Below are positions 24,101-33,445 of a stretch of 64,000 bases of DNA, one piece after another. Position 1 is the stretch's first letter. Each line of letters opens with the position of its first letter. The notes under the pieces were generated by a model. It worked only from the letters and a program-made list of their open reading frames with translations, had not been told where the DNA came from and made no database searches. The stretch covers positions 455,692 through 519,691 of the forward strand of contig CBDCGK010000004.1 in NCBI GenBank assembly GCA_965216675.1, in the 5' to 3' direction. The stretch is from Acidimicrobiales bacterium. GTDB lineage: Bacteria; Actinomycetota; Acidimicrobiia; Acidimicrobiales; SZUA-35. Position numbers and translations under genes: made by a program.

Positions 24101-25472
24101 CCACCCGGGCGTCGTCTGGTTCCGACGCGATCTCCGCCTCCAGGACAACCCGGCTTGGGCTGCGGCCACCGCCGACCACGACGACGTCGTCGCCCTGTTC
24201 ATTCTGGAACCCGCCCTTCTGGCCGCCGCCGGGCCGCACCGCCGAAACCAACTGCTCGGCCATCTCGCCGCCCTCGATCGGTCACTGGCCGATCTGGGCG
24301 GACGGTTGACGGTCCGATCAGGGCCTGCCGACGCGGCCATCGGACAGCTGGTCGACCAAACGGGGGCATCGGCGATCCACTACAACGCCGACTACTCGGC
24401 GTTCGCCCGGCGCCGAGACGAGGCTGTGTCGGCCCGGCTCGAGAGAGGGCCGGTTGCGGTGGAGGTCTTTCACGGCAACGTGGTCCACCCTCCCGGAACC
24501 GTGCTGACGAACGGCGGAGAGCTCTCCCGGGTGTTCAGCCCGTTCCACCGCCGCTGGGCCGGTGCACCGATGGCAGCCTGGCCGGAGCCCGGTGCGGCGA
24601 ACGTGCTCACGCTTCCGGGTGAGGATCTGCCCCGCGCCGAGGGAGGCGCCGAGGTCGACCTCGACCAGGCCGGCGGTGAGACGCCCGCGTGGGAGCAGCT
24701 CAACGAGTGGCTCGACCGTGTCGACCACTACGTCCACACCCACGACTATCCCGGCGTCGACGGAACATCTCGCCTCTCCGCCGATCTCCGGTTCGGCACA
24801 CTGGCCGCCCGCTCCGTGCTCGACGTCGTCGGCACCCACACTCCGGGCAGAGCAGCCTTCGTCCGGCAACTGGCATGGCGTGACTGGTGGGCCCACACCC
24901 TCGCCAAGCGGCCGGATCTGACCCACCGGGCTCTGCGATCCGACTACGACCGCATCCGCTGGCGCAACGCGCCGGATGAGCTGGAGGCGTGGAAGCAGGG
25001 TCGTACGGGGTATCCACTGGTCGATGCCGGGATGCGGCAGCTGGCGCAGACCGGGTGGATGCACAACCGGGTGAGGATGGTGACCGCCAGCTTCCTCGTC
25101 AAGGATCTGCTGATCGACTGGCGGGAGGGTGAACGTCACTTCCGTCGGCTGCTCGTCGACGGTGAACCGGCGCAGAACGGCGGGAACTGGCAGTGGGTTG
25201 CCGGCACCGGGCCCGACGCCGCCCCCTACTTCCGAATCTTCAATCCGACGACCCAGTCCGAGAAGTTCGATCCGGACGGCGCCTACATCCGACGCTGGGT
25301 CCCGGAGTTGGCCGCCCTCGACGACAAGGCGATCCACGATCCGTCGAGACTGGGACCGCTGGAGTTGGCGGCCGTCGGGATCACACTCGGCGAGACCTAC
25401 CCGGAGCCGATCGTCGACCACAAGGCGGCCCGATATCGGACCCTCGACGCCTACAAGACCGCCCTCAAGTAG
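24018..25472 (+). CDS. phr: Deoxyribodipyrimidine photolyase (class I CPD photolyase / cryptochrome family)
   Basis: VVWFRRDLRLQDNPAW, GYPLVDAGMRQLAQTGWMHNRVRMVTASFL, NGGNWQWVAGTG and APYFRIFNPTTQSEKFDPDGAYIRRWVPEL. The nearest in-frame canonical start upstream of the conserved VVWFRRDL block is ATG 24018, which overlaps the PhyH gene by 83 nt. The start is uncertain. Confidence 0.85.
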   Translation: MSSTPEPRTDPGNRVRPSRSPGHRAAADHPGVVWFRRDLRLQDNPAWAAATADHDDVVALFILEPALLAAAGPHRRNQLLGHLAALDRSLADLGGRLTVRSGPADAAIGQLVDQTGASAIHYNADYSAFARRRDEAVSARLERGPVAVEVFHGNVVHPPGTVLTNGGELSRVFSPFHRRWAGAPMAAWPEPGAANVLTLPGEDLPRAEGGAEVDLDQAGGETPAWEQLNEWLDRVDHYVHTHDYPGVDGTSRLSADLRFGTLAARSVLDVVGTHTPGRAAFVRQLAWRDWWAHTLAKRPDLTHRALRSDYDRIRWRNAPDELEAWKQGRTGYPLVDAGMRQLAQTGWMHNRVRMVTASFLVKDLLIDWREGERHFRRLLVDGEPAQNGGNWQWVAGTGPDAAPYFRIFNPTTQSEKFDPDGAYIRRWVPELAALDDKAIHDPSRLGPLELAAVGITLGETYPEPIVDHKAARYRTLDAYKTALK

Positions 25473-25487
25473 CGGCTCACCGGACGT

Positions 25488-25530
25488 CTGGTAGCAAGAA
25501 GCGAGGCCTCGCCTCGCTTTTTGCTACCAG
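25488..25530. terminator. 43-nt palindromic element, copy B (18-bp core stem with one G-T pair): a putative bidirectional terminator and REP-like element
   Basis: CTGGTAGCAAGAAGCGAGGC-ctc-GCCTCGCTTTTTGCTACCAG. The CTA in the right arm (25524-25526) is the stop codon of the minus-strand flavoenzyme gene. It shares GTAGCAA / TTGCTAC ends with copy A at 4417..4459. Confidence 0.5.
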
Positions 25531-26891
25531 AGGTGGGGTTGGGGCTCGATCGGGCCGATGACGCGGTCGAGATACGGGTTGGCGAACGTGCCGGTCGGGT
25601 CGAGTACCGAACGGGCGGCCGTGAACTCGCCCCACCGGGGGTATCGGTCCCGGAGCGACGCCGCATCGTGGAAGTGGATCTTGCCCCAGTGAGGGCGACC
25701 GCCGTAGTCGTCGACGATCGCCTGAACCCCTCGAAAGTACTCCTCGTAGGGCAAGCCGTGATACCGGTGAACGGCGATCCAGCCCGTTTCCCGGCCCTCG
25801 GCGGTCGACAGGGCGATGTCGTCGGCGGCCGACACCCGGACCTCGATCGGGAACAGCGGGGCCGGATCGAGGGTTTCGATCAGAGCCCTGACCCTATCGA
25901 CCGCCTCGGGCACGTGCGCGATCGGGATCCCGAACTCGGCCTCGCTGAATCGCACCCGACGCACCGAGCAGAACACGCGGTGGCTCGCGTCGGTTTGCTC
26001 ACTCGTCGAGATGGAGGCGGCAATGAGCTGGGCCAGGACGGACCGGCTGGCCGGGAATCGGCGAGCGATCCGCATGGCCCCGTCCAGGAGCGCATTTTCG
26101 ACCAGTTCGTCCTCGACGAAGCGGCGGATCGTCGACGACGGCTCGGCTGGATCCGTGGTTCGATGGTTGCGCTTGATCAGGCAGCGACCCTGTCCCGGCA
26201 ACCAGAAGAACTCGACGTGATCGGCGCTGTCGACAAAGGCATCCCAGTCGCCGAGGATGTCGTCGAGTTCGCCCGCCTCCTCGACCGCCCGAAGGCGGAA
26301 TGCGTCGACACACTGGAGCGCTACCTTGGTTACCACGCCCAGCGCTCCGAGCCCGACTCGGCCCGGTCTCCACAACTCGGCGTTGTTCACCGAATCGCAC
26401 CAGACCACCTCACCCGTGCCGGTCACCAGCTCCATGCCCACCACCGCGGACGACAGATTGCCGAACGCCCGCCCGGTGCCGTGCGTGGCCGTCGACACGG
26501 CGCCGGCGATGGACTGGCGGTCGATGTCACCGAGGTTCGGCAGCGCAAGACCACGATCGGCCAGCGCGACATTCAGCCGGTCGATGGTGATGCCGGCCTC
26601 GACCGTGACGATCCTGGAGTCGCGGTCGACGGCGTGCACGCCGTCCAAGGCACCGATGTCGAGGTGGACATCGTCGGTGCAGGCGATGTCGGTGAACGAA
26701 TGGCCACTCCCGACCGTCTTGACCCTGCGGTCCTGCCGTGCGGCTCCGGCGACGATGGCCGCCGCATGCTCGATGTCGACCGCCTCCATCCGCACCCGCG
26801 GCCGGCAGGAGGTCGTGCGGCCCCAGTTGCGCCAGGTCTCGAACTCGGCAGCGGCCCCCCGCTCCATGTCACCAGCCACAGCTCCGGCCAT
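25524..26891 (-). CDS. FAD-linked oxidase of the L-gulonolactone / D-arabinono-1,4-lactone oxidase family
   Basis: VKTVGSGHSFTDIA (FAD-binding PCMH domain), LPNLGDIDRQSIAGAVSTATHGTG and a C-terminal ALO-type GGRPHWGK. Start at ATG 26891, 1 nt after the upstream stop. Confidence 0.8.
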   Translation of the reverse strand: MAGAVAGDMERGAAAEFETWRNWGRTTSCRPRVRMEAVDIEHAAAIVAGAARQDRRVKTVGSGHSFTDIACTDDVHLDIGALDGVHAVDRDSRIVTVEAGITIDRLNVALADRGLALPNLGDIDRQSIAGAVSTATHGTGRAFGNLSSAVVGMELVTGTGEVVWCDSVNNAELWRPGRVGLGALGVVTKVALQCVDAFRLRAVEEAGELDDILGDWDAFVDSADHVEFFWLPGQGRCLIKRNHRTTDPAEPSSTIRRFVEDELVENALLDGAMRIARRFPASRSVLAQLIAASISTSEQTDASHRVFCSVRRVRFSEAEFGIPIAHVPEAVDRVRALIETLDPAPLFPIEVRVSAADDIALSTAEGRETGWIAVHRYHGLPYEEYFRGVQAIVDDYGGRPHWGKIHFHDAASLRDRYPRWGEFTAARSVLDPTGTFANPYLDRVIGPIEPQPHLW

Positions 26892-26892
26892 C

Positions 26893-27915
26893 TCACCAGC
26901 CTCGCAGATCGACGGGCCAGTGTTCCAGCACCCGCTCGTCATCGACCAGCCACAGAGCGTCGTGACGGGCCACCGTCGGATCGATGTGACCGGGGATCAA
27001 CCGGACCCGGTCCCCCACCGCCCAATCGCCGGGATCGTGCGGGATCAGCGTGGCGTGTTCGTCGGAGCAGAACAGCACGTCGCCGCGGTCCCAGGTCGGG
27101 TTGCCGTGGTCCATGGCGATCGCCTTGATGCCCGCGTCGGCCACGATCCACCCTTTGGGACTGACCGAGATCACGGTGGCCAACACCGACAGCGCCGGCC
27201 GAAAGGGCCCACCGATGCGGACGTAGTCGTTGTCCATGAGGGTGAAGCTGCCGGCCTGGATCTCGGTGGCGACGGTGTTGATGTCGAATGTCCCGGTACC
27301 ACCGGCCGAGATGATGTCGCCGCCGACCCGGTCGGCCACCGACGCCAGAACCGCCATCGACTCGGCGACCTTCTCGATCCTCTCGCTTCGGTCCTCGATC
27401 ATCATGAGGTGGCCCTCGTAACCCATCACCCCCCGGACCGTGAGGCCTCGAGACCGGGCCTGATCGGCCAGCCGGGGCGCATCCTCGGGAGCACAACCGC
27501 AGCGGGGCAGGCCGACGTCGACGTCGATCAGGACCTGCCTGAGGCCGGCGGCGACCGCGGCCTCGAGGATTGCCTCTGAGTCGACGGCGACCGTGATCGA
27601 CGCCGTCTCGGTCAACACTCCGAGGCGGGCCAGATCGAGCGACTCGTTGGCCAGGAGCAGATCCTGGGTGAGTCCGGCGGCAACCATGCCCTCGATCTCA
27701 CGCGGGGTGGCGGCACAGAAATTGTGGTGACCGCGGCGATCGAGCTCGGCGGCGACCGCCGTGGACTTGAACGCCTTCACGTGAGGCCGCAGGCGATCGC
27801 CGGGCAGCGCCGCATCGGCGGCGTCGAGGTTTGCGTCGAAGGTCGTCTTGTCCACGATGAGCGACGGCGTCGGTAGCCGGTCGGTCGTGGTCGGAACGTC
27901 GACCTGTGAGCTCAC
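26893..27915 (-). CDS. PLP-dependent alanine-racemase-fold enzyme (D-serine deaminase DSD1 / D-threonine aldolase-like)
   Basis: PSLIVDKTTFDANL, RLRPHVKAFKS (PLP lysine context) and the C-terminal GDRVRLIPGHIDPTV are typical of the DSD1/DTA family. 4-bp overlap with the acyl-CoA dehydrogenase gene. Confidence 0.7.
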   Translation of the reverse strand: MSSQVDVPTTTDRLPTPSLIVDKTTFDANLDAADAALPGDRLRPHVKAFKSTAVAAELDRRGHHNFCAATPREIEGMVAAGLTQDLLLANESLDLARLGVLTETASITVAVDSEAILEAAVAAGLRQVLIDVDVGLPRCGCAPEDAPRLADQARSRGLTVRGVMGYEGHLMMIEDRSERIEKVAESMAVLASVADRVGGDIISAGGTGTFDINTVATEIQAGSFTLMDNDYVRIGGPFRPALSVLATVISVSPKGWIVADAGIKAIAMDHGNPTWDRGDVLFCSDEHATLIPHDPGDWAVGDRVRLIPGHIDPTVARHDALWLVDDERVLEHWPVDLRGW

Positions 27916-29081
27916 ACGTAGGCTCGTTTGGCCACTTCCTCCAACATGACCTCGGTGGCCCCGCCACCGATCGGCAGGATCCGGGCGTCGCGGTACATCC
28001 GCTCGATCGCGGATTCCCGCATGTAGCCGATGCCGCCGTGGAACTGGACGCAGTCGTACATGATCTGGTTGACCACCTCGGCCCCGAACGCCTTCACGCC
28101 GGACATCTCCTTCACGTTGTCGACGCCCTGATCGCCCAGCCAGGCGGCGTGGTACATCGAGGCCCGAACGGCGTCGATCTTGGCCTGGTTCATCGCCATT
28201 CGCTGGCGAATCGCTCCGAGATCGTACAGCGTGCCGTCGAACGCCTTGCGGTCCTGGGTGTAGCCGTTGGTCAGGTCGATGGCCGCCTGAGCGGCACCCA
28301 CGCCCATGCCGACGAGCACCATGCGCTCATTCTGGAAGTTCTTCATCGTCTCGTAGAAGCCACGGTGAACGGTGCCGAGCACCTGGTCGTCGGGAACGAA
28401 GACGTCGTCGAGCACGAGTTCGGCGGTGTCGGAGCAGCGCCAGCCGTGTTTGTCGAGCTTTTTGGCCACCGAGAAACCCTCGGTATCGGCCGGCACGAGA
28501 AACATCGTGATGCCGTACTTGTTGCCCGGATCGGTCTTGGCCGCCACGATCGTCATATCGCCGTACACGGCATTGGTGATGAACGTCTTCGTGCCATTGA
28601 TCCGCCACCCGTCCCCGTCTTTCACCGCCGAGGTGCGGATACCGGCGACGTCGGAACCGGCGTCCGGTTCGGTCACCCCGATCGCCAGGATGGTGTCGCC
28701 CGACAGCACCCCGGGCATCCACTGTTCAAGCTGTTCGGGGGAACCCGAGTTGACCAGGTGGGGACCGGCCATGTCGGTGTGGACCAGCACGGTCACGTCG
28801 AAACCGGCGAAGGTCGACGCTCCGAGCGCCTCGGAAAAGGCGGCCGAGGCCAGCATGCCCATGCCAAGGCCGCCGTGCTCTTCGGGAACCCGAAGGGCGA
28901 GCATCCCGAGGTCACCCATCTTGCGCAGCACGTCGCGAGGGACCTTCCCCTCTTCCTCCCAGACCTCGCCGTGCGGCATCACCTCGTTGGTGACGAAGTC
29001 GACGGTCTGGTCGTAGATGGCCTGCAGCTCATCGGTCATGTAGGCGTTGCGGTGGCGGAGCGAGGACGCGGTTGCGGTCAT
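27912..29081 (-). CDS. Acyl-CoA dehydrogenase (isovaleryl-CoA dehydrogenase-like by context)
   Basis: LGMLALRVPEEHGGLG, GVTEPDAGSDVAGIRT, WRINGTKTFITN and QFHGGIGYMRESAIERMYRDARILPIGGGATEV are the canonical ACAD blocks. It lies next to the biotin carboxylase and carboxyltransferase genes. Confidence 0.9.
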   Translation of the reverse strand: MTATASSLRHRNAYMTDELQAIYDQTVDFVTNEVMPHGEVWEEEGKVPRDVLRKMGDLGMLALRVPEEHGGLGMGMLASAAFSEALGASTFAGFDVTVLVHTDMAGPHLVNSGSPEQLEQWMPGVLSGDTILAIGVTEPDAGSDVAGIRTSAVKDGDGWRINGTKTFITNAVYGDMTIVAAKTDPGNKYGITMFLVPADTEGFSVAKKLDKHGWRCSDTAELVLDDVFVPDDQVLGTVHRGFYETMKNFQNERMVLVGMGVGAAQAAIDLTNGYTQDRKAFDGTLYDLGAIRQRMAMNQAKIDAVRASMYHAAWLGDQGVDNVKEMSGVKAFGAEVVNQIMYDCVQFHGGIGYMRESAIERMYRDARILPIGGGATEVMLEEVAKRAYV

Positions 29082-29120
29082 TGGTTGTTTCTCCTTGAGG
29101 CGGTTCTCTTCGGCAGGTTT

Positions 29121-31061
29121 CTAGTGACTGTCTTCGACGACGAACGTGACAAGCGTCTGTTTGGTGTCGACCTGATCGCCGACGGCGACCCGGATCTCAT
29201 CGACCGTGCCCGGTCCCGAGGCCGACAGCGAGTGCAGCATCTTCATGGCTTCGACCACGATCACGACATCACCACCGGCGACCACATCGCCGACCGCGAC
29301 CCGGATCTCAGCCACGACCGCCGGGAACGGGGCGACGATGGCGCCGGCCGAGCTGCCCGAGGTGGCCGTATCGGGAGCCCACCGCTGCGACCGGGGAACC
29401 GGTTCGAACGTGTGGGTTGCGCCGGCCAGGTTGACCGCGATCGACGGTGAACGACTCGACCTGGCCGAACCCGGATCGAGATCGGCTGCGACCCGCCGGG
29501 CGGAGACGTCGAGTTCATGTACCGGCACCTCGACCAGGTCGCCGGTGTGATGGCGGAGCGCGATCGTTTGTGTCGAGGGTCGTGGGGTCAGGCTGAAGTG
29601 GCCGAGTCGACCCCACGGTCCGGCACTTCGCCCGGCCCCCATGTGCGACAGCCACACGCCGGCCGCGACCCGGCCCGCCACGTCCAGGTCTTCGGAGCCG
29701 ACCGGCGGAATGTCGGTTTCGTCGAGAAAGCGGGTGGTGATACGACCGGCAACCAGCGGCGGCTGATCGGCCAGCCAGCGGTGGAAACCGGTGTTGGTGG
29801 TCAACCCGCCCACGACGAGATCGTCGAGAGCCGACCGCAGCCGGGCCAATGCCTCGGTCCGGTCGTCACCGCCGACGATGAGCTTGGCCACCATCGAGTC
29901 GTAGTGGGGGCTGATGGCCGACCCGGCTTCGATGGCGGAGTCCCAGCGCACACCTTCGGGCACGACGAGGTTGGTCACGGTGCCGATCTGCGGCGCGAAG
30001 CCGTTGGCCGGGTCCTCGGCGTTGATTCTGGCCTCGACGGCGTGCCCGGCCAAACTCACCTGATCCTGGGTGATCGGCAGGGGTTGGTCGAGCGCAGAGC
30101 GGATCTGCAGTTCGACGAGATCGAGACCGGTGACCAACTCGGTGACGGGGTGTTCGACCTGGAGGCGGGTGTTCATCTCGAGGAAGTAGAAGTCGCCGGT
30201 CTCGTCGTCGACGATGAACTCGACCGTGCCGGCCGAGTCGTAGTCGATGGCCTCGGCCAGGGCTCGGCCGCGGTCGCGCAGCCCCTGCCTGGTGGCGTCG
30301 GGCAGGTTCGGTGCCGGCGCCTCCTCGAAGAGCTTCTGGTAGCGACGCTGAACCGAGCACTCGCGGGTGCCGAGGTCGATCACCGAACCGTGTTTGTCGC
30401 CGACGACCTGCACCTCGACGTGGCGGGGGCGGGTGATGTAGCGCTCGACGATCATGTCGCCGTTGCCGAAGGATCGCTCGGCCTCGGATCGGGCCTCGGC
30501 CAGCCCGGCGGCGAACCCGGCAGGCTCGTTGACGATCCGGATGCCTTTGCCTCCCCCACCAGCCGCCGCCTTGACCAGCACCGGATAGCCGATCTCGTCG
30601 GCCGCTCCGGCCAGGTCGTCGGCGTCCTGTGACCGGTCGAAGCCGGGGATGATCGGGACTCCGGCCTCATCGGCGATCCGGCGGGCTTCGATCTTGCCCC
30701 CCATCGATTCGAGCGCACCGGGGTGGGGCCCGACCCAGACGAGTCCGGCCTCGATGACCGCTCGAGCGAACGCGGCGTTTTCGGACAGGAACCCGTAGCC
30801 GGGGTGGACGGCGGTGGCGCCGGTGTCGGCCGCGGCAGCCAGGATCCGCTCGATCGACAGGTAGGACTGCGACAGGTCGGCCGGGCCGATCAGAACCGCG
30901 TCGTCCGCTTCGGCCACGAACGGAGCGGTGGCGTCGGGTTCGGCGTAGACGGCGACGGTCGCCATGCCGAGACGGCGGGCGGTGCGCATCACCCGGCGGG
31001 CGATCTCGCCCCGGTTGGCCACCAGCAGTTTGGTCGTCGAGATGTCGTTCACGCTGCTCAC
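29121..31061 (-). CDS. Acyl-CoA carboxylase alpha subunit (biotin carboxylase plus BCCP; methylcrotonyl-CoA carboxylase-like)
   Basis: KLLVANRGEIARRV, GYPVLVKAAAGGGGKGIR, MNTRLQVEHPVTE and the C-terminal VVEAMKM biotinylation motif. Confidence 0.9.
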   Translation of the reverse strand: MSSVNDISTTKLLVANRGEIARRVMRTARRLGMATVAVYAEPDATAPFVAEADDAVLIGPADLSQSYLSIERILAAAADTGATAVHPGYGFLSENAAFARAVIEAGLVWVGPHPGALESMGGKIEARRIADEAGVPIIPGFDRSQDADDLAGAADEIGYPVLVKAAAGGGGKGIRIVNEPAGFAAGLAEARSEAERSFGNGDMIVERYITRPRHVEVQVVGDKHGSVIDLGTRECSVQRRYQKLFEEAPAPNLPDATRQGLRDRGRALAEAIDYDSAGTVEFIVDDETGDFYFLEMNTRLQVEHPVTELVTGLDLVELQIRSALDQPLPITQDQVSLAGHAVEARINAEDPANGFAPQIGTVTNLVVPEGVRWDSAIEAGSAISPHYDSMVAKLIVGGDDRTEALARLRSALDDLVVGGLTTNTGFHRWLADQPPLVAGRITTRFLDETDIPPVGSEDLDVAGRVAAGVWLSHMGAGRSAGPWGRLGHFSLTPRPSTQTIALRHHTGDLVEVPVHELDVSARRVAADLDPGSARSSRSPSIAVNLAGATHTFEPVPRSQRWAPDTATSGSSAGAIVAPFPAVVAEIRVAVGDVVAGGDVVIVVEAMKMLHSLSASGPGTVDEIRVAVGDQVDTKQTLVTFVVEDSH

Positions 31062-31076
31062 TCCTCAGCCACTCCC

Positions 31077-32699
31077 CTACATCCGGTACACGAGAGCGGG
31101 ACCGGCGGCCGGCTCGTCCTGTCGGGCGGCCAGCGCCAGCGACAGGCCGAGCACGTCGCGGGTCTGCACCGGGTCGATCAAACCGTCGTCCCACAGGCGG
31201 GAGGTGGCGTGATAGGGGTCGGACTGGGTCTCGTACTGGTGGCGGATCCCGGCCCGTATCTCGGCGATCTCCTCCTCCGTGGTCTCAGCTCCCTTGAGGC
31301 CGCCGAGACGGATGTCGGTCAGAACGGTTTCGGCGGTGTCGGCGGCCATGGTGGCGATTCGCGAGTTCGGCCAGGCGAACAGGAGGCGAGGGTTGAAACC
31401 GCGGCCGCACATCCCGTAGTTGCCGGCACCGTAGGAACCGCCGATGAGCACCGTGTACTTGGGCACCGTGGCGTTGGCCACCGCGGAGACCATCTTGGCC
31501 CCGTTCTTGGCGATGCCGCCCCGCTCGGAGTCGGACCCGACCATGTAGCCGGAGGTGTTCTGGAGGAAGACCAGCGGGATGCGACGCTGCTCGCACAACT
31601 CGATGAAGTGTGTTGCCTTCAGGGCTGATTCTGAGAAGATGATGCCGTTGTTGGCGATGACCCCGACGAGGTGACCCCAGATCCGGGTGAATCCGCAGAT
31701 GATCGACGAGCCCCATTCGGGCTTGAACGGTGAGAAGCGGGAGCCGTCGACGATACGGGCGATGATCTCCGTGGCGTCAAACGGGATCCGGTCGTCGGCC
31801 GAGACGATGCCGTGCAGCTCCGCCGGGTCGTAGGCCGGAGGCTCGGGTTCGACCCAGTCGATCCAGCCCTGCCGGTCCTCGATCGACCGCTGGTTGGTGG
31901 TGGCGCAGATCTCCCGGAGCCGGCCGTAGGCCTCGGCTTCGGTGGCGGCCATGTAGTCGCTGACGCCGGAGATCCGGGTGTGGACCTCGGCCCCGCCGAG
32001 CTCGTCGGGGCTGATGATCTCGCCCAGCGCCGCTTTCACGATCGGTGGTCCGCCGAGGAAGATGCCGCCGATTCCCTCGACCATGATGACCTCGTCGCTC
32101 AGGGCGGGCACATAGGCCCCACCGGCGGTGCAGCCGCCGAGCACAACCGAGAGTTGGGGCAGACCCTGGGCCGACAGGCGGGCCTGGCGGTAGAAGGAAC
32201 CCCCGAAGTGGTCCTTGTCGGGGAAGATCTCGTCCTGGAGCGGAAGGAAGGCGCCGCCGGAGTCGACGAGGTAGATCACGCCGAGGCCGTTTTCGGCGGC
32301 GATGTCCTGGGCTCGAACGTGTTTCTTGATGGCCATGGGGACGAGCGAGCCGCCCTTGACGGTGGCGTCGTTGGCGATGAAGACGTACGGCACGCCGTGA
32401 ACCAGGCCGACGCCGGTGACGATGCCGGCGCCCGGCACGTCGTTGTCGTACTGGCCCCATCCGCTCAGCGTGGAGAACTCGAGAAAGGGGGTGTCGGTGT
32501 CGGTGACCATGTCGATCCGGTCCCGGACCATGACCTTGCCTCGATCGAGGTGGCGCTGAATACTCCGCTCACGATTGCGACCGCCGCTGATGGCCCACTG
32601 CAGACGTTCGTCGAGCGTGGCCAGCAGCTGATGGTAGGCCTTGGTGTTGGCCGCGAACTGTTCCGAGCCGGTGTCGATGGCGGATTCGATCGGTCTCAA
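31077..32699 (-). CDS. Acyl-CoA carboxylase carboxyltransferase (beta) subunit (methylcrotonyl-CoA carboxylase-like)
   Basis: ANDATVKGGS, GCTAGGAYVPALSDE, VFLQNTSGYMVG and GGSYGAGNYGMCGR are carboxyltransferase family blocks. Confidence 0.9.
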   Translation of the reverse strand: MRPIESAIDTGSEQFAANTKAYHQLLATLDERLQWAISGGRNRERSIQRHLDRGKVMVRDRIDMVTDTDTPFLEFSTLSGWGQYDNDVPGAGIVTGVGLVHGVPYVFIANDATVKGGSLVPMAIKKHVRAQDIAAENGLGVIYLVDSGGAFLPLQDEIFPDKDHFGGSFYRQARLSAQGLPQLSVVLGGCTAGGAYVPALSDEVIMVEGIGGIFLGGPPIVKAALGEIISPDELGGAEVHTRISGVSDYMAATEAEAYGRLREICATTNQRSIEDRQGWIDWVEPEPPAYDPAELHGIVSADDRIPFDATEIIARIVDGSRFSPFKPEWGSSIICGFTRIWGHLVGVIANNGIIFSESALKATHFIELCEQRRIPLVFLQNTSGYMVGSDSERGGIAKNGAKMVSAVANATVPKYTVLIGGSYGAGNYGMCGRGFNPRLLFAWPNSRIATMAADTAETVLTDIRLGGLKGAETTEEEIAEIRAGIRHQYETQSDPYHATSRLWDDGLIDPVQTRDVLGLSLALAARQDEPAAGPALVYRM

Positions 32700-33364
32700 C
32701 GTTTGTCCTTCCCTGACATCGTGGTCTCCTCGGTCGGGCCGACCCCACGCCAGAACTGATCGGCGATCAACGTCGCGAACCGGTCGACAGTACCACGGCC
32801 CGTATCAAGCCATTCAATGGATGCGTTCATCGCCCCGAACAGACCGAGGCGCAACATGGTCACCTCGTCGGCCGATCTGCTCGGCAACACGTCCGACAGC
32901 AGTGCGGTCCATCGCGATTCGTAGTCGTCGCGGCGTGGCAATACCGCCTTGCGCACCGCCTCGGGCGCCGTGCGGAACAGGGTGACGTGGCCGGCGGTGA
33001 ACGCCCGGTTTCCGTGCAGCGCCTGGAGGTGAGCGGCCACGTGGGCGGCGAGGCGCTCTTCGGCCGACGCGGCATCGGCCGGCGGGTACCGGGCCTCGAC
33101 CTCCTCGAACGCATCGACCATGAAGGTCATGCCCCGCTCGAGGACGGCCACGAGCAGGTCGTCCTTCGAGGCGAAGTGGTAGTACATCGACCCGGCTTTC
33201 ATACCGACGTCAGCCGCCAGGTCGCGCAACGAGGTCTCCACGTAGCCGGCGTCGAGGAACCGTTGTGCCGCTGCAATCAGGATTCGTTCCCGACCCGAAG
33301 AGACCGTGCCGTCGGCCGGTGTTCGAGTGACGGGTGATGATTTGACGGGCGACATCGGACACAA
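32696..33364 (-). CDS. TetR-family transcriptional regulator
   Basis: RILIAAAQRFLDAGYVETSLRDLAADVGMKAGSMYYHFASKDDLL is the TetR HTH. 4-bp overlap with the carboxyltransferase gene. The start may be ATG 33355. Confidence 0.85.
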   Translation of the reverse strand: MCPMSPVKSSPVTRTPADGTVSSGRERILIAAAQRFLDAGYVETSLRDLAADVGMKAGSMYYHFASKDDLLVAVLERGMTFMVDAFEEVEARYPPADAASAEERLAAHVAAHLQALHGNRAFTAGHVTLFRTAPEAVRKAVLPRRDDYESRWTALLSDVLPSRSADEVTMLRLGLFGAMNASIEWLDTGRGTVDRFATLIADQFWRGVGPTEETTMSGKDKR

Positions 33365-33384
33365 GCCTAGCGCGTTTCCCGCTA

Positions 33385-33400
33385 CCTAACAAACGTTAGG
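33385..33400. promoter_or_regulatory. 6-4-6 inverted repeat CCTAAC-aaac-GTTAGG (candidate TetR operator)
   Basis: Read directly. It lies in the 81-bp divergent spacer between the TetR gene and the LLM oxidoreductase gene. Confidence 0.35.
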
Positions 33401-33445
33401 CAGACAACAATCCAGGGGGCTGGACTCGGCTGCTACTGTTCCCCC

